A stretch of DNA of 63,277 nt, filler included, from Folioceros fuciformis (lineage: Eukaryota), in assembly GCA_049999805.1 (NCBI GenBank). It is 10 parts of 10 records of this genome, joined end to end, with 100 filler letters (N's around TTAATTAATTAA, not from the genome) between each part and the next. Parts side by side here need not be neighbours in the genome. Positions count along the whole stretch, not along the records: positions 39,320 to 53,433 come from JBNGIO010000971.1; positions 53,534 to 55,651 come from JBNGIO010000973.1; positions 55,752 to 61,587 come from JBNGIO010000974.1; positions 61,688 to 63,277 come from JBNGIO010000986.1; 6 more parts are not named here. The stretch is one strand, 5' to 3'. The first letter of the stretch is position 1; each line of letters begins with the position of its first letter. Under the pieces are notes generated by a model. That model was not told the origin of the DNA, did no database searches, and saw only the letters and a list, made by a program, of their open reading frames with translations. The translations under genes and the position numbers were made by a program. Below, piece by piece: positions 49,437 through 62,439 of the stretch.

Positions 49437-51329
49437 GCAGCATGAGAACCAGCCTTGTTCCGGCTCAAGGCTTGCAGGAGATACTTGGATGGCATGCTAC
49501 AACACAATCCCTGAACGGAGGCCTTCTTTTCCAGCTTCGGCTGTGTACATATGTACTCGACATCTCTGTTTTCCCTCTCCTGTGTTTGAACTAGGAACCA
49601 TTGTATCCACACAATCACTCCATCATGACATCTTCTTCGTACACCTTTCCTCTCCGTCCCTCCCACGGAGAACCTGACACGGGATTATCTGGACTTCAGA
49701 AAACCACTTCAATCCCTCCCCAACCCAAAAGAGTCCAGCTTCTGAACCACAACTTTATGAAGCACAGGATTTCACCGCAGTCCTCCAGCGCGTCACTGCA
49801 CTGCTCGACTGCAACAGCGTCAGCATTGTGGACGGAAGCAAAGACAAGTGGGAAAAGGCATGTCTACAGTCTTCTTTCCACCAACTGGCAAGAGAAGCTT
49901 TGTCCTGCTCGATCTGCGACAGGTCGTAGAAAGCTGGCCAATCCTGTTAATGTTTGGACGCAAGCTCGCAAGTCTTGGATTCCAGTACCAATCCTTCACA
50001 CGCGGACGATTCATTGTATAACACCAAGTTCTGTTGTTGTCTACGGGCCTAAGTATCGTGCACCTTCAAAAGTGCGATATGTCTCTATTTGGGTTGTTTG
50101 AAAGCACTGGAATGATTTCGGATGAGATTTCGGGTATCTTTAACATGACCTTACACAATACAGATATCAATATTTATCTATCTAGAATTTAGTATCAATA
50201 TAGAAAAGAGATCACATAAAAAACGTAGATACTAATCCTATTGTATCCTAAACTACTAACTATAACTAATGAGGAAGGGTCATCTAATCTAAACCCTAAA
50301 ACTTACCCATAACACTAAGATACAATATTATGATCTGATTTATATTTATTGGTTCTTAACAAAACTAATAAATAGAAATAAATAGAAAACTATTTATAAA
50401 ATCCCTAAATAGCCTTTGCTTCGCCCTTGCCCAATATGGGGTACAAGGAGACCAACTTCTACTGTGTATACTTAGGAAGGACTTAGAGAATGCAAGCTTA
50501 GGAAATTTAGAGAATGCCTAGTCTACTAAACTTAAGCAACTTAGAGAACACTTGCAAGTACTGGCCTTAAGGTCTAATGTAGACTTACTCCGCTACCCAA
50601 CCTGGAGGATTGAAGGTAGACTTTGGTTCGGCCAGTCCGACGTAGAGTTCATTAGAAAAGGCGTCCCCAGTGTATGAAGACAGATCCGTAGAGGGCACAA
50701 TCGCCTTGGAGGAATCTCCGTCTTTGGAGTTGCCCTTTCCTATGAGATTGGAGTCGGAAAGATCCATAGAGGGGACTCTCCCCGGCGTAGAGAACTCTCC
50801 CGATTTCAAAAGCCTGATACTCTTCTCTGCTTCACCCTCATCCCCATCCACTGGTACACCCCTTGTGCTCACCCACCATCCTCATCAATTGGTACAGCCG
50901 ATATGGAATTGGAACATTCTCACGAGCATTGACAAAAGTCTCATACTTACGTGGACGAAGAATCCGGCTGTGAAGGAAGAGCATGGATATTCAAGCGACG
51001 TACCACGGGATCCAAGAGCCTGAGGCTCGTGTGTGAAGGCATCTCTGGTTCCCGATTGGAGCCATCGGCATTGCATCTTGAGGAGGAGGACATTACTGAC
51101 GTGGACAGTTAACTCCCATGCTGATACATAATGGACCAGCCTCAAGTTCTTGTAGAGGAATCGTCGTCTCCTTCTCAAGTCGAAGAGCGCAATCCTGCTG
51201 CGTCCAATGCTGATGGGGACGAGCCTGCTCCCAATGTCGAGGTTGCCCATGGTCGTGTGGCAGATTGCCGTATTGATCGGGAATAGCCTAATTAGTAGAG
51301 GTATGCATCTCGAAGCGTGTCATGCTCCT

Positions 51330-52200
51330 GTGGAGGAATGTGTGGAGGCGTCCGTGGAGCTTGATACTGATTTGGAGGAGTCTGAAACTTGATACTCATA
51401 CTCATACTCATATTGATCTGGCGGACCCTGTGAATACTGATGAAGATTTGCAGCCGCCTGCGGATCGAGATTCTGATTTGGAGGATTCGGTGAATCCTGA
51501 TGCTGATCTGAAGGAGTCTGTGAATCCTCATACTGATTTGCAAGCCTCTGCGGAGCCTGACACTGATTTGGAGGATTCTGTGAATACTCATACTGATCTG
51601 AAGGAGTTTGTGAATACTCATACTCATCCTGATACTGATTTGGATGAGTCTGTGAATCATGATACTGATTTGCAGCCATGTGCGGAGCTTGATACTGATT
51701 TGGATGATTTTGTGAAGACTCGTTTTCATACTGATGTGGAAGAGTCTGTGAATACTCATACTCATCCTGATCTGGAGGAGTCTGTGAATACTCAGACTCG
51801 TACTGATCTGGAGGAGTCTGTGAAAACTGATTCTGGTACTGACGCGTCTGTAGAGCCTGATACTGATTTGGAGGTGGCTGTGAAACTTGACGCTCGTACT
51901 GATCTGGGGGAGTCTGTGAAAACTGATACTGATTTGGAGGAATCTTCTCTGGAACTTGATACTGATACTGATCCGGAGGAGTCTGCGAAAACTGATCCTC
52001 ATTTGGATACGTCTGTATAGCCTCATACTGATTTGGAGGAGTCTCTGACACTTGATACTCACACTGATACCGATGTTGAGGAGCCTGCAGAGAAAACTGA
52101 GAGAGATATGCAGCCGTTTGCCGAGCCGGATACTGATTTGTTGTGGCCTGATTTTGATACAGAGACTCCTGTGGAGCCTGATACGGATGTAGTGGCGCCC
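51330..52200. repeat. Imperfect minisatellite (~33-45-bp units, tactgat(t/c)tggaggagtctgtgaa core) with long low-complexity ORFs on both strands
   Basis: The repeated core is visible directly. ORFs 51320-52321(-) are Q/P/Y-rich, 51292-52212(-) I/S/R/H-rich, and 51322-52020(+) D/T/E-rich. Confidence 0.85.
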
Positions 52201-52804
52201 ATGGAGCTCCATTTGGGACCCTGGTATTGATGGGCAGGCGGCTCTTGTAGATTGAAGGAGTCCTATTATGCAATTCGTGGATGTAAGGATAGTGCACTGC
52301 AGAGATGAATGACGAGGGCAATTAATTCTACAGGTTAGAAGTCAATCTGCTAGCGGCGATCGGAATGTGATGCAAGTAGCAACTTGTACACGCAACAGGC
52401 CTGACTGTCAACATCCGCGAAATTGGGATTGGGGAGAGGGGTGCTCCTGCTGAGAGCTAGAAAGAAAGAACTGACAGATTCTTTTGACTAGGAGGGCCAC
52501 AGCCCACAATACGCGATCGCTTTACATGACCAAGCAGGCATCATCCGGCGTTCATGGGATCACTCACAAACAGATTGCCTGGCTTTTGGACGCTCACTAC
52601 TCTATTCCAAGCTGCAGTGCGAGAGCAAACTCCACTTCGAGACACGCATGGCCCTTGCCCCAGAGCCCATAAGAATGCAGCAAGGAAACACACAGACTAA
52701 CTGCTAATAGGATTTCGACAAATTCATTCACGCACACAACATGCCTCCAAATCCGTACAAGAACAAACGACTGGCCAACCTCGCGCGGGGACGACATCCA
52801 CTTC

Positions 52805-53433
52805 CTAGCTCGGGGGCATACCTCCAGACCCCGCTCCTGGAGAGTCAGGTGGCTGATGTTGATGCTGAAGCTGAGGCTGATGCTGCTGCGGATGCTGTGG
52901 CTGCGGATGCTGTGGCTGTGGATGCTGTGGCTGCGGATGCTGTTGTTGCGGAGGCCACAGCTGATGGGGCATGTAGGCAACGGCAGGGCGCTGGGCAGAG
53001 TAGCCCATGGGATCCATAGGCAAGGCAGGACGCCCCATCATCATGGGTACCCCTACCGGAGAGCCCAGGCCATGATAGTATGGCCCTCCATCCGGGCCCG
53101 GCAAGGGCATCCCGATGCGAGGCATCCCAGGCGCCATTCCAACACCTACGCCAACGCCCACTCCTATTCCCATACCCACTCCTCCCTCCTCTTTCAGCTC
53201 GTCCCGGGGCACGATGTCCACCAGAAAATCGAAGATCTCCGTCCGCCCGATGGCAGCCGCAATGTCGTTCTTCTGCAACGTCCGGCGCTTGTTCTCCTCG
53301 GTATGGATCCAGGAGCGCAATGTCAGCTCCAGTATGAACATCTCACACGCCTTGGCGAAGAGCACGGGCGCCTCGGCTGAGATCATGCGCACGTCCTCAT
53401 CCGCCTTCATGATCTTCTTGATCCGCGCCAGCG
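52805..53433 (-). CDS. NF-YC: Nuclear factor Y subunit C (histone fold), N-terminus cut by gap
   Basis: [61 protein letters not shown]...[14 protein letters not shown], followed by a Q/P/H-rich tail. Confidence 0.96.
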
Positions 53434-53533
53434 NNNNNNNNNNNNNNNNNNNNNNNNNNNNNNNNNNNNNNNNNNNNTTAATTAATTAANNNNNNNNNNN
53501 NNNNNNNNNNNNNNNNNNNNNNNNNNNNNNNNN

Positions 53534-53900
53534 GGGTAGCCTCCTTGGCTCATGGCCCTGCAACCTTACCTCAGCCAGCATGCAAGATGGTCAGCCATTG
53601 CGGATCCGGCCACACGAATCTTGGCAGTCTTGGGATCCTCCACGTTCCCCTAGTGGCAAGGGAAATCAGGACCTTGGTTTAGTCTTAACCAGCTCAGCGC
53701 CCTAAGCCAGAAGTTCTGCACCCAAGGTCCAGGGAAATCGCACCATAGACAGCCCCGTCCTCAATGGCAGGTCTAGCCTCTTATACTACCTTGGCCCAAA
53801 CCTCCATCTCTATCTATTAGGGTTAGCCTCAGTCAACCACCCAGCAATCTCTCTGACCTAAGCCGCCCCTAATTCTGACCTAAACCTAACTTTGACCTAA
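53534..53900. repeat. Dispersed repeat (probable LTR fragment), copy 1
   Basis: About 370 bp near-identical to 62071-62439 (gggtagcctccttggctca...ctgacctaaacctaac). Confidence 0.85.
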
Positions 53901-54199
53901 CCCTAACTTTGACCCAAACCTAGTTCTGACCTAATAGGGGTTGTGTCCCATGGACACCACTGGGTGCCCTTACCAAAATTGACCAACCTCTCAAGACTAC
54001 CAAAATGGTCAGTGCCTCTCAACACTCTCTCTCCTCTCTCAAATCATTCCATCCCTTCTCTCAGATCATTCTAGCAACCCTTCAAAGACGCGTCTCGCCT
54101 CACCATTAATCTAGCTACTAATCTAACCTAATCTTTTAACCATTTCACCACAGGGTTCACTTAGAGATTCCTAAAAAGAGAAATCCTACCATTTTCCAA

Positions 54200-55000
54200 G
54201 GACCTATTCAGCATGTGGAGTCCACACACCAGTACCCCTAAAGAAATAGCAGACATGGAAAAGGTTCCGTACATACAGGCAGTTGGGTGTTTGATATTCA
54301 TCTCCAACTAGACCCGCCTTGACATTGCACACTCTGTTAGTTGTGTCTCACAATTCCTAGAAAAACCTGGACATGTTCATTGGGCAGCTGTGAAGAGGAT
54401 TTATCGTTACCTTAAGGGTACGATGCATTTTGGCATGCTCTACCAGTCAGGCCCTTCTCTTGGATTAATTCTTTCGGCATATACAGATGCGGATTGGGCA
54501 TCTGACTCAGATTCCCGGAAGAGCTTATCCACCTATTGTTTCCTACTGGCAGGAGGAGTTGTAAATTGGTCCTGCAAGAAGCAAACATCTATAGCTTTAT
54601 CTTCTACTGAAGCAGAATACATCTCCCTCACTGATTCTGCAAAGGAAGCAGAGTGGGAAAGGTCCCACCTAAAGGATCTTCACCTGGAGCAGACAGATCC
54701 GACCACTATCTTTTGCGACAACAACTCTGCTATTGCCCTTGTTGCCAATCCTCGTTTCCATGCAAGGACAAAACATTTCGAGATTAAGCATCATTATATA
54801 AGAGATACTGTATCAAGAGGAGTAATTAAGGTGGTATATATTCCGACTACTGAGAACACTGCAAACATCTTGACAAAAACGTTACCTAAGCTGAAGCACT
54901 CTATTCACAGAGAGTCCCAAGGGCTCAGAGACTTTAGCTACCTACTTTGAAAGGTATGAGTTTTTCTTACTGACCTGAAGAGTGTGGGGGGGGGGTGGGG
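54200..55000 (+). mobile_element. Ty1/copia RT-RNase H fragment (in-frame stop) followed by a G-rich polypurine tract
   Basis: VPYIQAVGCL...TRLDIAHSV, HWAAVKRIYRYLKGT, YTDADWASD, SSTEAEY, CDNNSAIAL, HARTKHFEIKHHYIR, then gtgggggggggg at about 54983. Confidence 0.9.
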
Positions 55001-55195
55001 ACCTAAGTCCCCAGATCTTTAAGATCTATATAAGTTATGTCCTGCAGATCACAGCCTCCGCTGGTTTCCTCTCTCCACTAGATTTCCTTTCCAGTGTGTC
55101 CTGTGACACAGTGCACGTATAACGATTAGGTCAGCTAGGCAGTCCACTCATGGGTGACGAGTTGAAGCATGGATGAAGCTCACAGTTCTTTGTTT

Positions 55196-55600
55196 CTAGT
55201 CTTGCTTCTTCTGTCTTTCGTCGTTCTGTGCCCACAACCTTTTTGTGTCTACCTTTGTCTTCTCCCCTCCATCAGTTGGTAGCAGCGTGCTCACGGTTCC
55301 TGTCCATCTCACTCTCATGCCCCTGAGAGGATTGATAGAGGGTTCCCCCGGAAAGTCGATGGTGGGCTCTCTCTTCACTGCTGGGTCGACCTTGTATTTG
55401 TTTCGCTCCGTGATTCCTGCCGCGACATCCATTTCCCATCCGCAGCTGGACATGAGCTCCTGGAAGCTAAAAGGCTTCCATTCCACCTGTTTCCCCAACT
55501 GGTTTTGGTCAGCTTGCACCCTGGCTGTACATTTTCTTTTGGGCCCTGTCGCCTCCAGTCCTCCCTCTGGTCTGTAGCGTCGTCCACTTCTGGTAGCCAT
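55196..55600 (-). mobile_element. Probable retroelement gag-like 5' fragment
   Basis: The ORF begins MATRSGRRY, a start style common in LTR-element gag ORFs, and lies among TE fragments. No diagnostic domain is visible. Confidence 0.3.
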
Positions 55601-56439
55601 ATTTCCTCGTAAGTAGACGAACGCAGAGCAGGCAGCTAGCAGGACAACGACNNNNNNNNNNNNNNNNNNNNNNNNNNNNNNNNNNNNNNNNNNNNTTAAT
55701 TAATTAANNNNNNNNNNNNNNNNNNNNNNNNNNNNNNNNNNNNNNNNNNNNGGCATACTTTCATCCCCCTTGCTCTTGAGACTCATGGAGCTATGGGCGA
55801 GGACTTTTCAAGGTTTACCAAGGAGTGCGCCAAGGTTTATCAGAGCAATAGGAATGGTGTTCTCCCTCTTTCCTCTGTGGTGGCCTTCTTTTGACAATGT
55901 GTATCCATTGCTTTGCAACGAGCATTGGCCAATGCAGTTTTTAGAATAGCAACAAGCGCAAGTCAAGCGGCTTCTTCGGCATCGGTGGTAGGTAGGCCTT
56001 TTGTTATTCCACATCATGACATTTTGGGAGCAGTAGCTAGTTTTTGAAATGATATTCGCAGGGGAGAGTTTATCTTTTTGCCTTTGGCCCTAATGGGGTT
56101 CCTCCAATCTTTGGAGTAGATGGGACTTTCCATCTCTTTTTTGATCATAGAAAATACCTTGTTGTACCTCATAAAGAATTTTGATTAAGAGGACTCTTCG
56201 AAGGGCAATAGTATGGCATACCAAACGGAAGAGAGAGGATATGTTAGAATTATTTCTTCACAAAATATAGATGGTCGATTCGGGTTTGGGTATGAACGCT
56301 TAGTTGTTGAAAACAAAAGTCCACTGTCATTCTCCACTTCGCAAGAAAACATGGTTTAGGATTCAAAACTTTGCCGCTATACTCTAATCCAATTTAAGGA
56401 GGCCATGCTGATTGTGTTTAGGATTTGGGGCTAGATAAT

Positions 56440-56577
56440 GTAGGCATCGGTTAAATATCACTTCCTCGGAGAAGCTTCGAGTCTTAGGCGTTGCTGTGGG
56501 AACTCCTGATTTTGTTCATAGGTTTGTAGATGCAGCGTTGGATGAAGATTTGGCTCATATCATAGACCTCTCACAAT
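56440..56577 (+). mobile_element. Remnant of a non-LTR (CRE/SLACS-like) retrotransposon ORF, interrupted by the copia LTR
   Basis: Translates to ITSSEKLRVLGVAVGTPDFVHRFVDAALDEDLAHIIDL, resembling the recalled post-RT 'ILG.P.G...FV' segment. Confidence 0.4.
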
Positions 56578-59500
56578 TGTGATTTTTAACACAAAGAGCG
56601 TTGAGTACACAAAGAGAATTCATAGAGAGTGTTCAAGGCATCATAAGTGCCTTAACACAAAGAGACGTGACTGGACACAAAGAGAGACGTGCCTGTTCAA
56701 TTTGGTGCCTGTTTAGAGCGTAGAGCTTCATAAATGCCCACTTTCACACACCCCCCTTGAAGCGAAACAATCAGAATCTATGGTAAAGCTAAATCTATCA
56801 GTTCTAACAAGGAGTAGAAACCATCATGTTTAATTTTCCCGAGAGGCTTGGTCAGGATGTCTGCAAGCTAATCTTCAGTTGGAAAGTAGGTTAGTAGTAA
56901 TTCACCTAATTCCACCTTCAGCCGTAGAAAGTGATAACGCAATTCGATATGCTTGGGTTATTTGTGGAATCGAAGATCTCGTGAGAGAGCAATGGTAGCT
57001 TTGTTGTCACACATGAGCTCAAGAGGTCCCTTGTGTGGATATCCAAGATCTTGAAGTAGTTGGATGATCCATAATCCTTCTTTTGCTGCAGAGGTAGCAG
57101 CGATGTATTCAGATTCAGCTGATCTAAGAGCAATCGAGGATTGCTTTTTCGATTTCCAACTAATTGCGCCACTTGCAAGCATGAAAACATAGCCACTGGT
57201 GGATTTCCGAGTGTCCGGATCTCCATCCCAGTCACCATCAATCCAACCAATTAGCTTAGTTTGAGCGTTAGGACCTCCTTTACATTGAATCCCATGGGTT
57301 TTCATCCGCTGAAGATATCTAAGAATTCTTTTGGCTGCCACCCAATGTAACTTTCCAGGACTTGATAGAAACTGAGAGACATGGCCATTGGAACATGCTA
57401 CATCTACCCTGGTATATTGAGCTAAATGTTGAACGCTGCCAACTACACCAGCATATGGGACTAACTTCATCTCAGCAGTTTCATCATCTGTTTGGGGTGA
57501 CATGGTTTTGCTTAGTTTAGCACCTGTCTGCATAGATGTGTCAATAGGTTTACAGCTAGACATATGATACTTGGTAAGTAGATTAGCAACATACATTCCC
57601 TGATGTAGAGTGACAATGTGATGAGAGGGATCTTGTATAACCTGAATGCCTAAAAAGTACGTCATGTTGCCATTATTAGTCATTTTGAACTCTTGCCTGA
57701 GAGCCAACTTGCTTTTAAGTAAGTACATCTCATCATTGGAAACCATAATCAAGTCATCAACATAGAGACCCATCATGAGGAGCAGCTGACCTCTGTTTCT
57801 TATGAACACACTAGCATCTACAGAACTTTTCACATAGCCCAAGTTTGAGCAAATATGTTTGGAAGCGTTCGTACCAGCCTCTTGGAGACTGTTTGAGACC
57901 TTAAAGGGTTCTCTTAAGTTTGCACACCTTGGACTCCTGTCCAGAAACTTCATACCTAGGAGGCTGTTGTAGATATGCTCCTTTAAAATCCAATGTAGAA
58001 AGGCCGTCTCCACATCTACTTGATGTGTAAGGAGACTATGCAAAGTAGCTAAGGCAAGCATCATACGTAGAGAGGTGAGTTTAACTACTCAGCTGAAAAT
58101 ACTTGTCTTAGAGTAATCCACTATGCTCTTTTGTGTGAAGCCCCTAGCTACGAGTCTGGCCTTGAATCTGGCTAAGGAGCCATCTGCATTGTGCTTCTTT
58201 CGTAACACCCATCTGCTTTCGACAATGTGTTGTCCGTTTGGCGGATCAACCAAAGTCCATGTGTCATTAGAAATCAAGGATTGATATTCACGGTTCATTG
58301 CCTGCTTCTAGGAGTTTGATTTTGGTCCTTCAAGAGCTTGTTTAACAAGGATAATATCAACACTGAACAGAGCGTAAGAGGAAGTGTCATGTGACTTGTT
58401 AATAAAGGATCGCCAGAGGAGCTGCATGGTGAAGGAGGAGAGGAGGACGCAAGGAGGAGAGGAGAAAGAGAGGTCACACTCTCAGTGTCTCACATTGCAA
58501 GGGAGCTCAAGGGTGTATTTATACCCTTTAGAAAAGCTCCCTAGAAAGCTTCACAAGAAACGCATAGGAAGCTGCGCAAGAAGCTTCACAAGAAACGCAT
58601 AGGAAGCTGCGCAAGAAGCTTCATACAGATTAGCTTAAGCTAATCTAAACTAATGATACTTAACTAGACACTAATCTTAGACTAAACACATTAGTATAAG
58701 TACATTGGGCTTTAATAACCCTACAGTTAAAAGTGAGGTCATGATATTTTACTCCAAGAATCTCTCTATTGGATCTTGTAAATCGTCTTATGGGCTTTGG
58801 AGAGTCTGATTGATCCTGCACAGCAATATTAGGATGTTGTATGATGCCCCCTTGTGGCTGAGTAGGATTAGGCCCGACCCCTGGCACAAGGCCATGAGAC
58901 TTAGTGTCCGAGTCATAGTCGTAGGGATCGGAAGGGTCTTCTCCAATATCAGGGGTTAGTGGGACAACCGAAGGAACTATATGGTTTGGAGGTGGTGCTG
59001 GAGGGAATTCTTCCTCAAAGGTGGAAACAGCTTGAGTTGTTGATTGAGGCATTTCACACTTTGCAGGAAGTGTATCTTGAGGGGAATTACCGAGGATAGA
59101 AGTTTCATCGAAGATTACATTTCTTGCTAATGTGAAGCGGGGGGTTTGTCGATCGTAAAGATGATAACCCTTCACGTCGGCATCTTCCCCGTATCCTACA
59201 AAGGTAAGTTTGATGGAGCGCGGATCCAGCTTCTTTCGAATCTCTGGTGGAACATATTTATGTGCCATGCATCCAAAGATGCGAAGATGGCTAACATTTG
59301 GTTTCTTCCCCGTCCACAGTTCATAAGGTGTTTTATTTGCGATAGTTGAAGTCTGGCAATGGTTTTGTACGTAGCAAACAGAGGCAGCGGCCTCTGCCCA
59401 CAAATAATTCGGGAGGCTTGTGGTATTGAGACTGCTGCGAACTCCATCCATTATTGAGCGATGGTGTCTTTTGGCCTTGCCAAATTGCTGATGTGAGTAC

Positions 59501-61587
59501 AACACAATTTTCTAGTGTTGAATTCCATGGGTTTGTAGATGTGTCTCAAAGATAGGTGAGGTAAGTTCTCCCGCATTATCAGTTTGGAAGATCTTCAACT
59601 TCTAGCCAGTTTGGTTTTCAATGTAAGCATGAAAGGCTTTGAAGCACGTGAAGACTTCGGGCTTGTATTTAAGAAAATACAAATGTGTATAGTGGGTGAA
59701 ATCGTGAAGCAAGGTGAACATGTACAGCTTTCCTGTAGGGGTGGCTGTCTGCATAGGGCCACAAAGATCAGCATGCACTAATTCTAGCACGCATGATGTC
59801 TTGCTGTGAGATTTTGGGTCAGGTTGACTTGTATGTTTACCAACCACACAGTCGGGACACAAAGGTAAGTTGCCCAACTTGGAAGGTAGTTCTAAAACCA
59901 TATTCTTGCTAGACATTCTTTGCATGCCTTGTAGGTGTAGATGTGCTAATTGCAAGTGCCAAAGGGTTGCGGTAGCACCTAAATCAGTGGCTACTAAACT
60001 GAGATGTGTGGGCTGCACTTTTTCTAGAGTGGGCAATATGCCCTTAGCCACGTAAAATGACTTACCATTCTAGGGGTAGAAAAGCTTGACTAGCTGTCTT
60101 GTGGCACGTCTGAACGTAAGCAGAGAACCTTTATGAGTAAAGTTAATTGTGCTCTGTGGCTCCGCTATCTAGGAGCCATGAATCTTGGGTAGACTGATAA
60201 TTCAGTGTTCGAGACTGAGTTGAGAATACATAAGAAGGGCCTTGACCTATAGCTTGGGCAGTGTTTACTGAGGTAGGAGTAGGAGTAGGGTTTTTAATCC
60301 CTGTTGCTCTGTCTCATTTCTTCTTCTTGCAACCAGGTGCGATGTGCCTTGGTTTCTGATAGTAGTGACATATTTGATTCCTATGTGCGTGATTGTTGGG
60401 AGGAGGGATCCGTTGGGATCCTCCAGCAGAAGAAGATGGTTTGCCGGACAGGAATTCCAGTGCTTCTTACTACCAACGAACAGAGCAAATGTACTCGTTG
60501 GAGTACCTAGGTGGGATTGCTGTAGTCTAGTTTCATGCACAATTCTAGGGATTAATGTCTCAAGGGTTAAAGGATTGTTGGCAGTTGCACTGTTTGATTG
60601 TGCAGTGATAAAAGGGCCCTATGACTAAGGTAATGCTCTCAAGAGATGCATAACCTATGTCTCGTCATCCAAGGTTGACTGCATTTAGAGAAGCTTGCCA
60701 ATTTTCTAAGAAATCTAGGACAAAATTGCCTTCTATGAGCTTGTTTGATTGCAATTGTGCCCTCGTGATATGTGGATTTGAGCTTGTTCCACATAGCCTT
60801 TGCTGTAGTTAATCTTTTGATGATAGGTATTAATCTATCTGATACATGTAACAATATGTCAGATCGTGCTTGAGCATCCTTGACCAACCATGCAAGTAAG
60901 TCAGCGTGGTTGGCTGCAAGCTGTACTTCTGTGCCATTAACTACAATCCATGTAGAACTTCTTAATAGAAGCATCTCAATACGGGGTGCCCAAGTGTGAT
61001 AATTAACGCTAGTCAATTTATCAATCTGATAGGCCTTGTTAGTAGAGGGGTTTGCCATTGTGCTCATATTGTGCTTGCTAGGATGTAGTATTAATGATTT
61101 TTGCTAATCATGTCTAGTTGTGATTGAATCTTGTTTAGGATTGCATAGATGTTATCCTATCTCCTGTAAATGTCATCTAGATAGATGGTCAGATTAGAAA
61201 ATTGAGAGATGTAAGCACGATCTCTGTTTTGAGCAAAACTCATTGATTGTATGACTAATTTGTGTGTGGTCTTTTGATGTAGGAGACTGATCTCACTATT
61301 TGTATGGGTAGGTGGTGAGACATTTCTACACGTATGGGAATCGTTTCTTGTTTTCTGAAAGTGAGAAGGAGTTTTCCTTCTATTGTTAGAATTCTCTTTA
61401 GAATGATGAGTGCAGCAAGGGCAAAATCTATCCATATCGAATAGTCACAATCAGAGTTTGCCCTGCATCATGATTCTAAGTATGTTTGATTTTCGTCATG
61501 AGCTCTGATACCATGTGATTTTTAACAGGGAGACCGTTGAGTACACAGAGAGATTAATTTATGAGAGTGTCCAAGGCATCATAAGCG
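56578..61587 (-). mobile_element. Degenerate near-full-length Ty1/copia LTR retrotransposon: 5' LTR 61514-61587 (cut by gap), tRNA-iMet PBS, gag, integrase, RT, RNase H, PPT, 3' LTR 56578-56750
   Basis: PBS TGGTATCAGAGCT (61513-61501). Gag IDKLTSVNYHTW; LWHLQLAH; LELVHADLCGPM; TPYELWTGKKP; ARFKARLVARGFTQ; LYVDDL; WIDGDWDGD. PPT AAGGGGGG precedes the 3' LTR. Both LTRs begin tgtgatttttaaca on the plus strand. Multiple frameshifts and stops. Confidence 0.93.
58346..58725. mobile_element. ~380-bp insertion (solo-LTR-like) nested in copia pol
   Basis: It interrupts the DLTF|KQALEGP motif and is flanked by near-identical tttaa/gttaa. It contains an internal duplication agcttcacaagaaacgcataggaagctgcgcaaga. 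Confidence 0.6.
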
Positions 61588-62070
61588 NNNNNNNNNNNNN
61601 NNNNNNNNNNNNNNNNNNNNNNNNNNNNNNNTTAATTAATTAANNNNNNNNNNNNNNNNNNNNNNNNNNNNNNNNNNNNNNNNNNNNAATCAGCCAGCCT
61701 GCTACTCACCAGCGTCTTCAGCACCGTCTGGCCCGTAAGTCCCTGCAAGAATCATGCAATCCTCGCTTGTGACCGGGTGGTACGTCTTGGTGACTGCCAT
61801 ACTCTCTCCCGTGAGAGAGCTCCGCAGCTGAACGAGAACCTCAACTTCAGCTAGCTCCTCACCCCAGCTCCAACACTTCATTCCACCACTTCAGCACTTC
61901 AGTCCTTCACTTCAGCACTTCACTTCACCCTCCAGCCCCTCACTTCAGCTCAACTCCTCACTTCAACACTTCCACTTCCAAAATCTGCAACTCAACCCTT
62001 CTCTCGTGCAATTTGGAACACAACAGCCTTCCCTCTTGCAGCCTTCAAGGCAAAGGCAAGGCCTAGGGCT

Positions 62071-62439
62071 GGGTAGCCTCCTTGGCTCACGGCCCTGCAA
62101 CCTCACCTCAGCCAGCATGCAAGGTGGTCAGCCATTGCGGATCCGGCCACACGAATCTTGGCAGTCTTGGGATCCTCCACGTTCCCCTAGTGGCAAGGAA
62201 AAACAAGACCTTGGTTTAGTCTCAACCAGCTCAGCGCCCTAAGCCAGGAGTTCTGCACCCAAGGTCCAGGGAAATCGCACCGTAGATAGCCCCCTCCTCA
62301 ATGGCAAGTCTAGCCTCTTATACTACCTTGGCCCAAACCTCCATCTCTATCTATTAGGGATAGCCTCAGTCAACCACCCAGCAATCTCTATCTGACCTAA
62401 GCCGCCCCTAATTCTGACCTAAACCTAACTCTGACCTAA
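62071..62439. repeat. Dispersed repeat (probable LTR fragment), copy 2
   Basis: Near-identical to 53534-53900. Confidence 0.85.

Noticed and set aside
53534-62439. The two ~370-bp repeats as paired LTRs of a single element
   Set aside because: They lie on different contigs separated by two gaps, with unrelated TE pieces in opposite orientations between them.
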